Shown: positions 1 through 8,827, counted from the stretch's first letter. The stretch is 64,000 nucleotides of DNA from Subdoligranulum sp. (GCA_004555405.1 SFIE01000003.1:1049-65048), one strand, 5' to 3'. The notes: a model not told the origin generated them from the sequence alone. Translations and numbers: made by a program.

Positions 1-286
1 ATTTTGTGGCCCCCATGCGCAGCAGTGTTTGCGGCTTTTCGTGCAGCCTTTGCACCAGCTTTTCTTCGTTGTAGCGCAGCGACACTGCATATTGCTCCAA
101 CAGCTCGCCCGCGCGGGTCTTGTGCAGGCGGCGGGCCGTGTAGGTGAACAGCTGCACGCCGTATTCGGTTTCCAGCGCCTTGATGTGCTTGCTTACGGCC
201 GGTTGCGAAAGGTTTAAAAGCTCGGCTGCGCGCCCATAGTGCATGGTTTGGCACAGAGCCAGAAAGGTTTCGAGTTTTTGTTCCAT
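1..286 (-). CDS. LysR-family transcriptional regulator, N-terminal HTH part (truncated by window edge)
   Basis: Own translation of the minus strand from ATG at 286: MEQKLETFLALCQTMHYGRAAELLNLSQPAVSKHIKALETEYGVQLFTYTARRLHKTRAGE. This is a typical LysR wHTH. It is divergent from a YeiH-family gene. It is not in the ORF track because there is no stop in the window. Confidence 0.8.
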   Translation of the reverse strand, partial: MEQKLETFLALCQTMHYGRAAELLNLSQPAVSKHIKALETEYGVQLFTYTARRLHKTRAGELLEQYAVSLRYNEEKLVQRLHEKPQTLLRMGATK

Positions 287-300
287 AGAGTCCTCCACCT

Positions 301-315
301 ATTACAAAACGGAAT
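301..315. promoter_or_regulatory. Candidate LysR-type T-N11-A box (ATTACAAAACGGAAT) in the divergent LysR/YeiH spacer
   Basis: ATT-N9-AAT dyad read directly, 15 nt from the LysR start codon. Only the generic T-N11-A rule supports it. Confidence 0.25.
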
Positions 316-399
316 TGATCCATTCTCTTTTATGCCTTTATTTTATCATGTAAGAGTCGTAAAATAAACAGGCACCGCAAATTTTGGGAGGAACGGAAT

Positions 400-1443
400 A
401 TGATGAAGAATCTTACGAAATTTTTGCCCGGTATGGCGCTGTCTATTGTGATCGCAGCCATTGCCAAAAGCCTTGAAATGCTGGAAGAAAGCGCCGGGCT
501 GCACTTTATTGGCGCATCGGTGATCGCCATGTTTATCGGCATGTTTGTAAACGCCGTAAAAAAGCCCACGCCCCTCACGGCGCCCGGCATTAAATTCACC
601 TCGAAAAAGATTTTGAAATTCGCCATTATTCTGCTGGGTGCCAGCCTGAATATTCACACCGTGCTCACCGTGGGGCGTTTTTCGCTTACCGTAATGGTGT
701 TTACACTGGCCACCTGCTTTGGCCTTGGCGCGCTGATCGGCAGGGCCATGGGCCTGAACTGGAAAACCAGCAGCCTGATCAACGCAGGCACCGGCATTTG
801 CGGCGGCTCGGCCATTGCCGCCATTGCCCCCGTGATCGAAGCCACCGATATGGATATTGCCTACGGGCTTTCGGCCACCTTTTTGTTTGACACTGTGATG
901 ATCGTGGTTTTCCCCATTCTGGGGCGCTGGCTGGGCCTTTCGGATGCCGCCTTCGGCCTGTGGGCCGGTACCGCCGTAAACGATACCTCCAGCGTGGTGG
1001 CCACCGGCTATGCCTTCAGCGAAGCCGCCGGTGACTTTGCCACCATGGTCAAGCTGACCCGCACGCTGTCCATTATCCCCGCCGTGCTGGCCTTTGCCGC
1101 CATCAACCTGCACCTGAAAAAGAAAAAGAGCCTGCAGTCCGGTGAGGGCGTAAAGGTGAGCATACGCTCGATCTTTCCCTGGTTCATTCTGGGCTTTCTG
1201 GCCATGTCGGCACTCACCAGTCTGGGGCTGATCCCTGCTGTGGTGGCCGCCCAGCTGAAAGCCGTGAGCAAGTTTTTGATGGTGGCCGCTCTGGCTGCCA
1301 TTGGCCTGAACACAGATTTTAAGGCACTGTGCCGCAGCGGTGCGCGCCCCATGATCCACGGCTTTATCATTTCGCTGCTGGTGGTGCTGGTGGCCATCGG
1401 CGTGGAATATATGATCGGCGTGGCCCCCACCGGCACGCTGTAA
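400..1443 (+). CDS. YeiH/UPF0324-family integral membrane protein (putative sulfate exporter family)
   Basis: 347 aa, polytopic and hydrophobic. The N-terminus LPGMALSIVIAAIAKSL and overall pattern fit the YeiH family. It has the classic divergent pairing with a LysR regulator (yeiE-yeiH logic). RBS GGGAGGA lies upstream. Confidence 0.7.
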   Translation: MMKNLTKFLPGMALSIVIAAIAKSLEMLEESAGLHFIGASVIAMFIGMFVNAVKKPTPLTAPGIKFTSKKILKFAIILLGASLNIHTVLTVGRFSLTVMVFTLATCFGLGALIGRAMGLNWKTSSLINAGTGICGGSAIAAIAPVIEATDMDIAYGLSATFLFDTVMIVVFPILGRWLGLSDAAFGLWAGTAVNDTSSVVATGYAFSEAAGDFATMVKLTRTLSIIPAVLAFAAINLHLKKKKSLQSGEGVKVSIRSIFPWFILGFLAMSALTSLGLIPAVVAAQLKAVSKFLMVAALAAIGLNTDFKALCRSGARPMIHGFIISLLVVLVAIGVEYMIGVAPTGTL

Positions 1444-1503
1444 GCGCCGCAGCTGTTGCCCCTTGCGGCTTGGTTTTCGTTAAAACACGAAGGGTCTTCG
1501 TTC

Positions 1504-1551
1504 AAGCGCCCCGACTGGCAGCACAATGCTGCCGACCGGGGCGCTTTTTAC
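1504..1551 (+). terminator. Rho-independent terminator after the YeiH-family gene
   Basis: 10-bp stem AAGCGCCCCG / CGGGGCGCTT with inner GGCAGC/GCTGCC pairing, followed by TTTTT. Confidence 0.75.
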
Positions 1552-1668
1552 TTTTGCGGTTTTATCGGTTTTCCCTGTTTTAAAAATTTTTCTCGAAAAG
1601 CTGCATTTTTACAAAAAATCTGTTATAATTAATTATATTTATGCCTTTTAGCACGAAGGGAGGGGTGT

Positions 1669-3123
1669 GTGGTGAAAACACTGATCAAATACGAGCTTGT
1701 CATCAACCGGGCGCTGCGTTCGGCGCTGATGTATGATACCGCCGAGCAGCAGATCAACGAGTTTATCAGCTTTCTGGGCAGGCAGATCGGGTCTGACCGC
1801 ATTTATATTTTTGAGGACAACGAGAAAACCCGCACCACCTCCAACACCTATGAGTGGTGCGCCGACGGCGTAAGCACCGAGATGGGCAATCTGAAGGCCA
1901 TTCCCATGCAGACCATTCGCTGGTGGTATGATCGGTTCGATGAGGGCAAAAGCGTGATCCTGCACGATGCTGAAACCATCCGGCAGGAGCATCCCCACAC
2001 CTATGCGCTTCTGAAGGCGCAGAATGTTCACAGCCTTGTGGTGTGCCCTTTCCGCTACAACAGCGAGATCCGCGGTTTTTTTGGGGTAGATAATCCCCCC
2101 GAAAGCGATTTTCTGGGGCTGACCACTTTTTTGGATATGATCGCCACGGTGATCATATCGTTTTACAAAATTCGCAACACGCAAATCAGATCTGCCCGCG
2201 CGGCACGGTTCAGCGGGTATTCGGCGCTGGCAAAAATTTATATTTCCATGCACTATATCAATGTGCAGACTCACTCTTTTCATATTATAAAGGCCAGCGA
2301 TAGCGTGCAGCGAATGGTTGGTAAAATAGCCTCGTTGGATAGCCGTTACACCGCCGAGGAGGATTTCTGCGCACACGCCGATGCGGTGCTGCACGCCTTC
2401 TGCCGGGAAGACCATTTGGAGGATCAGCTGAAATTTGTGGATCTCCGCACGCTGGAGCAGCGCCTGCAGGGGCAGGATTCCATTGTGAATGTGTTTTACA
2501 GCAAGCTCTCCGGCTGGTGCCGTGACCGCTTTATCGCCGTGGACTATGATGCCCACGGGCACCTGCACCATGTGCTGTACTGCGTGGAGTGCATCGAGCA
2601 GCAGAAAGAGCGCGAGGACAGGCTGCTGAACATGGCCCGCAAAGACCAGATGACCGGCCTTTACAATCGCGGCAGCGGCGAAAAGCTGATCGAAACTGCC
2701 CTGCAAAACAAGGTGAGCGGTCTTTTGTGCCTGATCGACTGCGACAAATTCAAATCCATCAACGACACCTTTGGCCACGCGGTGGGCGATGCCGTGATTG
2801 TTGCCATTGCCGCTACCCTGCAAAATTCCTGCCGCAGCGATGACATTGTAATGCGCCTTGGCGGCGATGAATTCGCCATTTTTGTGCCCACCGTTACCGA
2901 AAAGGCCAGCGCTGAATCCTTTTTTGCGCGCCTGTTTGACAACATCAAAAGCATTCAGATCCCCGAGCTTGGCCCAAGGCCGATCATAGTCAGCCTTGGC
3001 GCGTGCCTGTATGACGGCAAGGAGACCGCAAACTTTGATATGCTGTATCGCCGGGCCGACCATGCCATGTACCAAAGCAAAAAGCAGCCGGGCCTTACTG
3101 CCACCATTTACGGCGAGATATAA
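1669..3123 (+). CDS. Diguanylate cyclase, GAF-like N-terminal sensor plus GGDEF domain
   Basis: 484 aa, GTG start after GAAGGGAGGGG. Active-site RLGGDEFAIF is present, with an RSDD (RxxD I-site) five residues upstream. The N-terminal 160 aa are GAF-like. Confidence 0.85.
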   Translation: MVKTLIKYELVINRALRSALMYDTAEQQINEFISFLGRQIGSDRIYIFEDNEKTRTTSNTYEWCADGVSTEMGNLKAIPMQTIRWWYDRFDEGKSVILHDAETIRQEHPHTYALLKAQNVHSLVVCPFRYNSEIRGFFGVDNPPESDFLGLTTFLDMIATVIISFYKIRNTQIRSARAARFSGYSALAKIYISMHYINVQTHSFHIIKASDSVQRMVGKIASLDSRYTAEEDFCAHADAVLHAFCREDHLEDQLKFVDLRTLEQRLQGQDSIVNVFYSKLSGWCRDRFIAVDYDAHGHLHHVLYCVECIEQQKEREDRLLNMARKDQMTGLYNRGSGEKLIETALQNKVSGLLCLIDCDKFKSINDTFGHAVGDAVIVAIAATLQNSCRSDDIVMRLGGDEFAIFVPTVTEKASAESFFARLFDNIKSIQIPELGPRPIIVSLGACLYDGKETANFDMLYRRADHAMYQSKKQPGLTATIYGEI

Positions 3124-3132
3124 AAACGCAAA

Positions 3133-3182
3133 CAGCCCTTTTGCCGCCTGTTTTCAGGAAAGCAAAAGGGCTGTGTTTCTTA
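3133..3182 (+). terminator. Rho-independent terminator after the GGDEF gene
   Basis: 12-bp perfect stem CAGCCCTTTTGC / GCAAAAGGGCTG followed by TGTTTCTT. Confidence 0.75.
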
Positions 3183-3197
3183 TGCCAGGCCCAAAGC

Positions 3198-3245
3198 AAA
3201 ACCCCCGGCCCTTCGGTGCTTGCACGCCGAAAAGCCGGGGGTTTT
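3198..3245. terminator. Second, bidirectional hairpin between convergent genes
   Basis: AAAACCCCCGGC / GCCGGGGGTTTT 12-bp arms flanked by A-run and T-run. It can serve the minus-strand gene ending at 3306. Confidence 0.6.
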
Positions 3246-3305
3246 AAAGGAGAATAAAAAATTATGAAAAAGATCAATGAAAAAAGATAACGCCCTGTTT
3301 TTGCC

Positions 3306-4439
3306 TTACAGCAGATAATCGCCCAGGCTGCCGTTTACCAGCTCGTCATAGCCGGGAATGCCGCTTACCACGATCTGCTTATCCTCAGAGCTGTTGTTGT
3401 TGAACGCATTGATGTATGCGTTGATACCGGCCAGATGGCGGCCAACACGCAGCTCGATGGGGAAATCGCCGCTGCTGTAATCCACATACAGCAGGCCCAG
3501 ATCATAAGCGATCACATAGCAGGGGTCCTTGCCGGTTTTCACCAGAGTTTCGTCGGTGTAGCCGCGCAGACGGCCCTGGCTGGGATTGCCGGTTTCCATC
3601 AGCAGAGCGTAGGTGTTGGTGAAATCGCCCAGCTCGCGGTGGGTCAGGCCGTGCAGGGTAGTGGGAGAAGGCTCCAGGCTCATGGAAATGCCTTCCAACT
3701 GCAGATCCAGCACGCCCTCGGCGGCAATGGTAGCAGCGCGCTCGTGTGCAACGGTAGCGTTGTTCACAGCGTATTCGGGGCTGGACTCGTGCAGGTCGAT
3801 CTCCATGTCAATTTCCAGAGTGTTGATCATGTTGGTCACGGCGTAAGCCACCTGCTCGGACAGCGTGCCGTCCTCAACGCCGGGGTAGCAGCGGTTCAGG
3901 TTGCGGGTTTCCGAGCCGGACAGAGTCTGGCCGGAGGACTTGTGGGTGTAAATGTCGGGGTCGGGCCACTGGTCAATGGGGTTGGTGGCACGAGAGCCGT
4001 ACTGGAAGGTGCGGGTCTCACCGTTTTTGTTGGTGAAGTGCATATACTGGGGCGAACCATCCAGCGGGTCGTTATGGGTCAGGGCCGAGTTGTTGATGTT
4101 GGGGATCACATAAATGGTGCCCACATCCACATTGGCGTTTTCCTCCAGCAGAATGCCTGCCATGTGGCCCGAGGGCTCGTTGGCATGGGTGCTGCCCAGC
4201 ACTACCAGAGAGCCGCCCTCTTTTTCGCCTTTCAGCACATACACATCCGAGTCGCCAATGGTGCCTTCCAGATTGGGGTTGTACTTGCTCAGCTTAAAGA
4301 CTTCGGTCACATTGGGGCCGGTAACGATATCTTCCTGGAAGTGGCGCTTGGTGTAAAAGCTCATGCCGGCAATGCTGCCCACAATGCCTGCAACTACCAG
4401 GATAGCGGCGGCGGACAGATAAGTTTTCTTCATATTCAT
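3306..4439 (-). CDS. Membrane-anchored M14-like zinc hydrolase of the succinylglutamate desuccinylase/aspartoacylase (AstE/AspA) type
   Basis: 377 aa with an N-terminal TM anchor (YLSAAAILVVAGIVGSIAGMSF). Zinc motif HxxE in GSTHANEPSG and a later IDLHES His are present. It is the last gene of the minus-strand string. Confidence 0.65.
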   Translation of the reverse strand: MNMKKTYLSAAAILVVAGIVGSIAGMSFYTKRHFQEDIVTGPNVTEVFKLSKYNPNLEGTIGDSDVYVLKGEKEGGSLVVLGSTHANEPSGHMAGILLEENANVDVGTIYVIPNINNSALTHNDPLDGSPQYMHFTNKNGETRTFQYGSRATNPIDQWPDPDIYTHKSSGQTLSGSETRNLNRCYPGVEDGTLSEQVAYAVTNMINTLEIDMEIDLHESSPEYAVNNATVAHERAATIAAEGVLDLQLEGISMSLEPSPTTLHGLTHRELGDFTNTYALLMETGNPSQGRLRGYTDETLVKTGKDPCYVIAYDLGLLYVDYSSGDFPIELRVGRHLAGINAYINAFNNNSSEDKQIVVSGIPGYDELVNGSLGDYLL

Positions 4440-4454
4440 TCTATTCGCCCTCCT

Positions 4455-4610
4455 TTACTTGATCAGCAAGATGCGCAGCAGCAGCGGGATCAGGATCATG
4501 GCTGCGTTGATCTGGTCAACAATGCGCTCTTCTTTGAAAATCAGATTGTACAGTGTGCTTACAAAAACCAGAAGGGCAATGGCCAGGTAAATGATGGTAA
4601 TGATACTCAT
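4455..4610 (-). CDS. Unlisted 51-aa hydrophobic micro-protein between the DctM-like permease and the M14-like hydrolase
   Basis: Own translation: MSIITIIYLAIALLVFVSTLYNLIFKEERIVDQINAAMILIPLLLRILLIK. A strong RBS AAGGAGGGG lies 8 nt upstream. It fills the gap exactly (permease stop at 4626, next ATG at 4439). It has two hydrophobic segments. Confidence 0.6.
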   Translation of the reverse strand: MSIITIIYLAIALLVFVSTLYNLIFKEERIVDQINAAMILIPLLLRILLIK

Positions 4611-4625
4611 AATATTGCCCCTCCT

Positions 4626-5912
4626 TTAAAACAGCCCGGCAATCAGCTTGGAATTTGCCAGGAAGAAGCTGGCGTAAACCAGCAGAATGATGATGGGCAC
4701 AATGCAGCGCTTCAGGATCTTGGTGTACTGCTTCACACCGGTCACCTGTGCGGCAAACAAGCCGGCCAGAGCCGTGGGAGGCATCATGTCGCCCACTGCG
4801 GCGATCAGGCTGATGGCAGCCAGAACCACCACCGAGTTGCCGCCCAGCAGGGAGGCATAAATGTAAGCGAAGGGCACGCCCAGCACCGAGCAGGCACCGT
4901 AGGAAGAAACAGCACCGAACAGGGGGATGCTGATAGCGCAGGCCAGCAGCCACAGAACGCTGGGCAGGCGCAGGCAGCTGATAACGATCAGGCCGCGAAC
5001 ACCGGTGGCAGTCATCACTTCGATGAACATACCAACGCCCATCAGAATGCCCATAACGGGAGCAGCGGTGCGGATAGCAGCGGGAACGGCAGTCAGCACA
5101 TTGATTTTCTTGCCGGTGAACAGACCAACAGCAGCGCTGATGAGGAACATCAGAGGCATACCGATGTCTTCGCCCAGCTTGAGGACCTTAAACACGATCA
5201 TGAGCACCACCAGAACCAGCAAAGGCAGGTAGATACGGGCGCCGAACTGCTTGCGAACGGCATCCTGCTTTTCCAAAGCGGGCTTCAGCTCTTCGTAGTT
5301 CATGTGGCGGGCCTGCTTGTAGCCGAGCAACAGCACAAACAGCACAGCCAGGGGGAAGGTGATCAGGGCCAGAGGGCCTTCAAAGCCCACATAGGGCACG
5401 TCGATACCGGCGCAGATGATCAGAGCGGCGGTGTTGACGGGGGGTGCGATCATGCCCAGCAGAGCGCCCATGGCAATGATGGAACCGGCGGTAACGGCAT
5501 CGATGCCCATCAGTGCCAGCACGGGTGCCATGATGGAACCGGCCGACAGAACAGCAGCGGTGGAAGAACCGGTGATCATGCCGGGGAACATGATGATGAG
5601 CATGATGAGGATTAAAAGAACAGCGGGGAAACGATGGAATTTCTCAATGATCAGGCTGCTCAAAGCATCCAGCGCACCGGATTCTTCGATAACTTTCATA
5701 AAGATCATGGCGCAGCCGATAGTCAGAATGGTATCCACATAACCGAACTCGCCTTCCACCATCATACGGATGGTTTCAGTGCCAAGGCCGCCCTCCAAAG
5801 CTCCGCAGAGCGCTGCTGCCAGCATGGAAACGCCGACAGGCAGCTTGAGAGCAAAGCAGCCGATCATGAAGACACCGACCATCACAAAAAAAGTGATCAC
5901 ATAAGGTGTCAT
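4626..5912 (-). CDS. DctM-like (TRAP large-subunit family) permease
   Basis: 428 aa with about 12 TM segments. Composition and length are typical of DctM-family proteins. No DctQ or DctP homologue is adjacent. Confidence 0.65.
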   Translation of the reverse strand: MTPYVITFFVMVGVFMIGCFALKLPVGVSMLAAALCGALEGGLGTETIRMMVEGEFGYVDTILTIGCAMIFMKVIEESGALDALSSLIIEKFHRFPAVLLILIMLIIMFPGMITGSSTAAVLSAGSIMAPVLALMGIDAVTAGSIIAMGALLGMIAPPVNTAALIICAGIDVPYVGFEGPLALITFPLAVLFVLLLGYKQARHMNYEELKPALEKQDAVRKQFGARIYLPLLVLVVLMIVFKVLKLGEDIGMPLMFLISAAVGLFTGKKINVLTAVPAAIRTAAPVMGILMGVGMFIEVMTATGVRGLIVISCLRLPSVLWLLACAISIPLFGAVSSYGACSVLGVPFAYIYASLLGGNSVVVLAAISLIAAVGDMMPPTALAGLFAAQVTGVKQYTKILKRCIVPIIILLVYASFFLANSKLIAGLF

Positions 5913-6002
5913 AATGATGTTCTCCTTATTCTGTTCACAGCGGCCCGGTCTGCGGGCCGCTGTGGGTATTCTCAGTTACAACAGAGTGAAACGGCTGTTG
6001 TC

Positions 6003-6653
6003 TTATTTGCCAAAAGCGGTCTGCAGAGCGCCCAGAGCGCCGGCAGTGTTCTCAACGTAGGTGGCGGGGGTGCTGTTCTTAGCCAGAATGCCGGACATCA
6101 GGCCGTCAGCATCGCCCTCAGAAACAACGATAGCAGCATCGCAGCCCTCGAAAGCGGGGTTGATAAAGCTGTCAGACAGGGTGCCGCGGCGAGCGGAACC
6201 ACCGGTGTGCATAGCCAGAATGGTAATGCCCTTATCCTTAGCAGCAGCGATCAGAGCGTCGGTACGAGCCAGCTCCTGATCAGCGTCGATACCGGCAGCG
6301 CCCAGACCCTTGGAGGAACCGCCCACAGCCAGGATCAGAGTCTTGCAGTCATCGGGCAGCTCGTCGCCGGTGATGTTCTTGTTCATGGTCACTTCAATGC
6401 CGGCCTTGCTGCACAGGGTGTTGGCAATGTCCACGTCAGCGCTCTGGCCAATGCTGGTCAGGATAGCGGGAGTCTGGCACATACCGGCGCTGATCTCAGT
6501 CAGATCCGTTGCAGCGGCAGAAGCAGCAGTGGAAGCTGTGGAAGCAGCGGGAGCAGAGGCAGCAGGGGCTGCGCTGGAAGCGCTGGAGCCGCCGCAGGCA
6601 ACCAGAGAGAGGGCCAGAGCACCGGCCATAGCGATAGTAGCAATTTTCTTCAT
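6003..6653 (-). CDS. Lipoprotein of unknown family (about 170-aa alpha/beta-looking mature domain)
   Basis: 216 aa with lipobox LSLVAC-GG, an Ala/Ser-rich linker, then LILAVGGSSKGLGAAG...ILAMHTGGSARRG. I see no resemblance to DctP, TAXI or TctC binding proteins. Confidence 0.6.
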   Translation of the reverse strand: MKKIATIAMAGALALSLVACGGSSASSAAPAASAPAASTASTAASAAATDLTEISAGMCQTPAILTSIGQSADVDIANTLCSKAGIEVTMNKNITGDELPDDCKTLILAVGGSSKGLGAAGIDADQELARTDALIAAAKDKGITILAMHTGGSARRGTLSDSFINPAFEGCDAAIVVSEGDADGLMSGILAKNSTPATYVENTAGALGALQTAFGK

Positions 6654-6784
6654 GATAAAAATCTCCTTTTCGTTGTTTTCTCAAAATACCATAATATCCG
6701 TTTTTGAAAAAAGGCCGCCCGCTCGGTGAGGATAGAACGGGCGGCCCCTGTTACAAAAGATTCTTTTTTACAGTGGTTTTTCGA

Positions 6785-8632
6785 TCAGTAGGCCAGAGCC
6801 TTGCCGTCACGGCGGGGGTCAGCGCCGCCGCGCAGGGTGCCGTCCTGAGCAATGGAGATGCCCTGAACGCCGCCAAAGAACAGCTGCCATTCGCCCTTAT
6901 CGGTCACTTCGTGGCCGCGCTCCTGCAGTTCTGCTGCAACCTCGGCAGTAATGGGGTTCACACCGCCGGACTCGTAGCAGATGTTTTCGGAAGCGTTGTC
7001 ATAGATACGGGCGCAGTCGATGGCATCCTGAATGTCCATATCATAGTCGATCATGCGCTCGATCACCTGTGCGATGGTGGGGAAGATACGGGTTGCTCCG
7101 GGGCTGCCGATGGTCATGTAGGGAGAGCCGTCGGGGTACAGAACGATGGAGGGGCTCATGCTGGACAGGGGGCGCTTGCCGCCTTCTGCGCAGTTCACGC
7201 TCTCGGGATCAGCCGAGAAGTCGTCCATTTCGTCGTTCATAATAAAGCCGTAGCCGGGCACGCCCACCTTAGAGCCAAAGCCATAGTTGATGGTCTTGGT
7301 GCAGGCAACCATGTTGCCCCACTGGTCAACCACAGAGAAGCTGGTGGTGGCGTAATGCTCGAGTTCTTCGGGCTCAACAGCCACATAGCTGCCGCTCTTT
7401 TCGGTGATCTCGCTGTAGCGCTCGGCAGCGTATTCCTTGCTGGTCAGCTGAGCCAGAGGCACTTCGGCAAAATCGGTATCGGCCATGTACTGAGCACGGT
7501 CAGCAAAGGCGATCTTGAATGCTTCGGAGAAGCGGTGTACATACTCGGCGCTGTTCACACCGATGGTGTCCATATCGTCGTAGTTTTCCAGAATGTTCAG
7601 GATCTCTACCAGATGGGTGCCGCCGGAGGATGCCGGGGGCAGAGAGTAGATGGTGTAGTCCTTATAGTGGCCCACCACAGGCTCGCGAACCTTGACTTCG
7701 TAGTTGGCCAGATCTTCCATGGTCATGTTGCCGCCCCAGTCTGCAACGGCATCCACCATAGCCTGTGCCATGTCGCCGGTGTAGAAGGCGTCCTTGCCGC
7801 CGTCAGCGATCAGCTGCAGGGTCTTGGCCAGATCGGGGTTGGTGATCACATCGCCCACTTCATAGGGCAGGCCAGCCTCGTTCAGGTAAATGTTGCTCAG
7901 GGTCTCGTTGGCAGCCAGGCCGCTGTATTCGCTTTCCAGCTCTTCCTTGAAGGTAACGCCCACCACAAAGCCGTTGTTGGCAGTGTCGATAGCGGGCTGG
8001 AAGATCTGCTGGCGGGTAACAGCATCCGAGCCGTAGTGCTCCAGCAGATACTCAAAGCCGGCCACTTCGCCGGGCACAGCCACCGACAAACCGCCGATGG
8101 AGCTCATGGTGCCCAGGTTGTTGGTGCCATCCAGGCTGAACTGCTTCATTTCGCCGTTCTCGTCCAGCCACATCTGGGCGTTGGCAGCAGCAGGAGCAGT
8201 TTCACGGAAGTCGATCACGCTTACCTTGTCTTCGTCGGCGCTGTAGATGGTCATGAAGCCGCCGCCGCCCAGGCCCGAGAAGTAGGGCTCGGCCACACCC
8301 AGGGTGTAGGCCACAGCTGCAGCTGCATCAAAGGCGTTGCCGCCCTCTTTCAGAATGTCCAGGCCGGCCTTGCTGGCGTACCAGTTGCAGGAAGCCACTG
8401 CGCCGGTTTTGCCGGTGGCATCGCGCTCATCGCGCTTTTTCTCGAAGTTTTCATCATAGGGCAGCCAGACTTCGTCCTCAGAAGCCTCGGCGCCGGAGGC
8501 TGCTTCGCTGGGAGCGGCGCTGCTGGCCACTGCGCTGGAAGCGGCAGTGCTGCTGCAGGCAGTCAGAGCGGCAGCCAAGCCGAGTGCGATCGCGCTCTTG
8601 GCGATCGAACGGTTAGAGCTTGTCTTTCTCAT
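6785..8632 (-). CDS. ggt: Gamma-glutamyltransferase-family lipoprotein (GGT/CapD-type), copy 1
   Basis: 615 aa when started at MRKTSSNRS (ATG 8632, RBS AAGGAGG). Lipobox LTAC-SS. Autoprocessing nucleophile context HYATTSFSVVD. C-terminal GGADPRRDGKALAY matches copy 2. Confidence 0.85.
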   Translation of the reverse strand: MRKTSSNRSIAKSAIALGLAAALTACSSTAASSAVASSAAPSEAASGAEASEDEVWLPYDENFEKKRDERDATGKTGAVASCNWYASKAGLDILKEGGNAFDAAAAVAYTLGVAEPYFSGLGGGGFMTIYSADEDKVSVIDFRETAPAAANAQMWLDENGEMKQFSLDGTNNLGTMSSIGGLSVAVPGEVAGFEYLLEHYGSDAVTRQQIFQPAIDTANNGFVVGVTFKEELESEYSGLAANETLSNIYLNEAGLPYEVGDVITNPDLAKTLQLIADGGKDAFYTGDMAQAMVDAVADWGGNMTMEDLANYEVKVREPVVGHYKDYTIYSLPPASSGGTHLVEILNILENYDDMDTIGVNSAEYVHRFSEAFKIAFADRAQYMADTDFAEVPLAQLTSKEYAAERYSEITEKSGSYVAVEPEELEHYATTSFSVVDQWGNMVACTKTINYGFGSKVGVPGYGFIMNDEMDDFSADPESVNCAEGGKRPLSSMSPSIVLYPDGSPYMTIGSPGATRIFPTIAQVIERMIDYDMDIQDAIDCARIYDNASENICYESGGVNPITAEVAAELQERGHEVTDKGEWQLFFGGVQGISIAQDGTLRGGADPRRDGKALAY

Positions 8633-8762
8633 TTTTTCCTCCTTAATTTTGTCGGTGCGGCAAATGCGCGCCGCACCGCTTTCAGGATCTCCTTCTTCAG
8701 AACCTTTTGTACATTGCAAAACGGCAGGAGCAATCATTCTCCCACCTTTGCGGTATGTGTAA

Positions 8763-8791
8763 ATTATATGAAAATTCTCTGAAATTTTCTA
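8763..8791 (-). promoter_or_regulatory. Candidate sigma-A promoter of ggt copy 1 (TAGAAA-17-TATAAT on the minus strand)
   Basis: Hexamers read directly. This gives a leader of about 124 nt containing a 9-bp GC hairpin (8653-8678). Confidence 0.4.
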
Positions 8792-8795
8792 TTTG

Positions 8796-8827
8796 TTCTC
8801 ATATTTTTCTCAGAATAAATATGAGAA
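8796..8827. promoter_or_regulatory. Perfect 11-bp inverted repeat TTCTCATATTT-N10-AAATATGAGAA just upstream of the -35 of ggt copy 1
   Basis: Read directly. One half-site recurs at the equivalent position upstream of ggt copy 2 (11105-11115). Confidence 0.5.

Noticed and set aside
3435-5615. 726-aa plus-strand ORF in the track
   Set aside because: It is antisense to three well-supported minus-strand genes (M14-like hydrolase, micro-ORF, DctM-like permease). The translation is low-complexity (G/A/Q/H-rich) with no RBS or recognisable domain. This is a typical mirror ORF of GC-rich DNA.
8633-8737. N-terminal extensions of track ORFs (also 10952-10996, 15909-15986, 25272-25361, 31066-31200, 37885-37989, 38696-39154 and others)
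   Set aside because: In each case an internal ATG is preceded by a good Shine-Dalgarno sequence and starts a signal peptide or conserved family N-terminus. The upstream extension is Arg/Gly-rich, or runs through a riboswitch, promoter or neighbouring gene.
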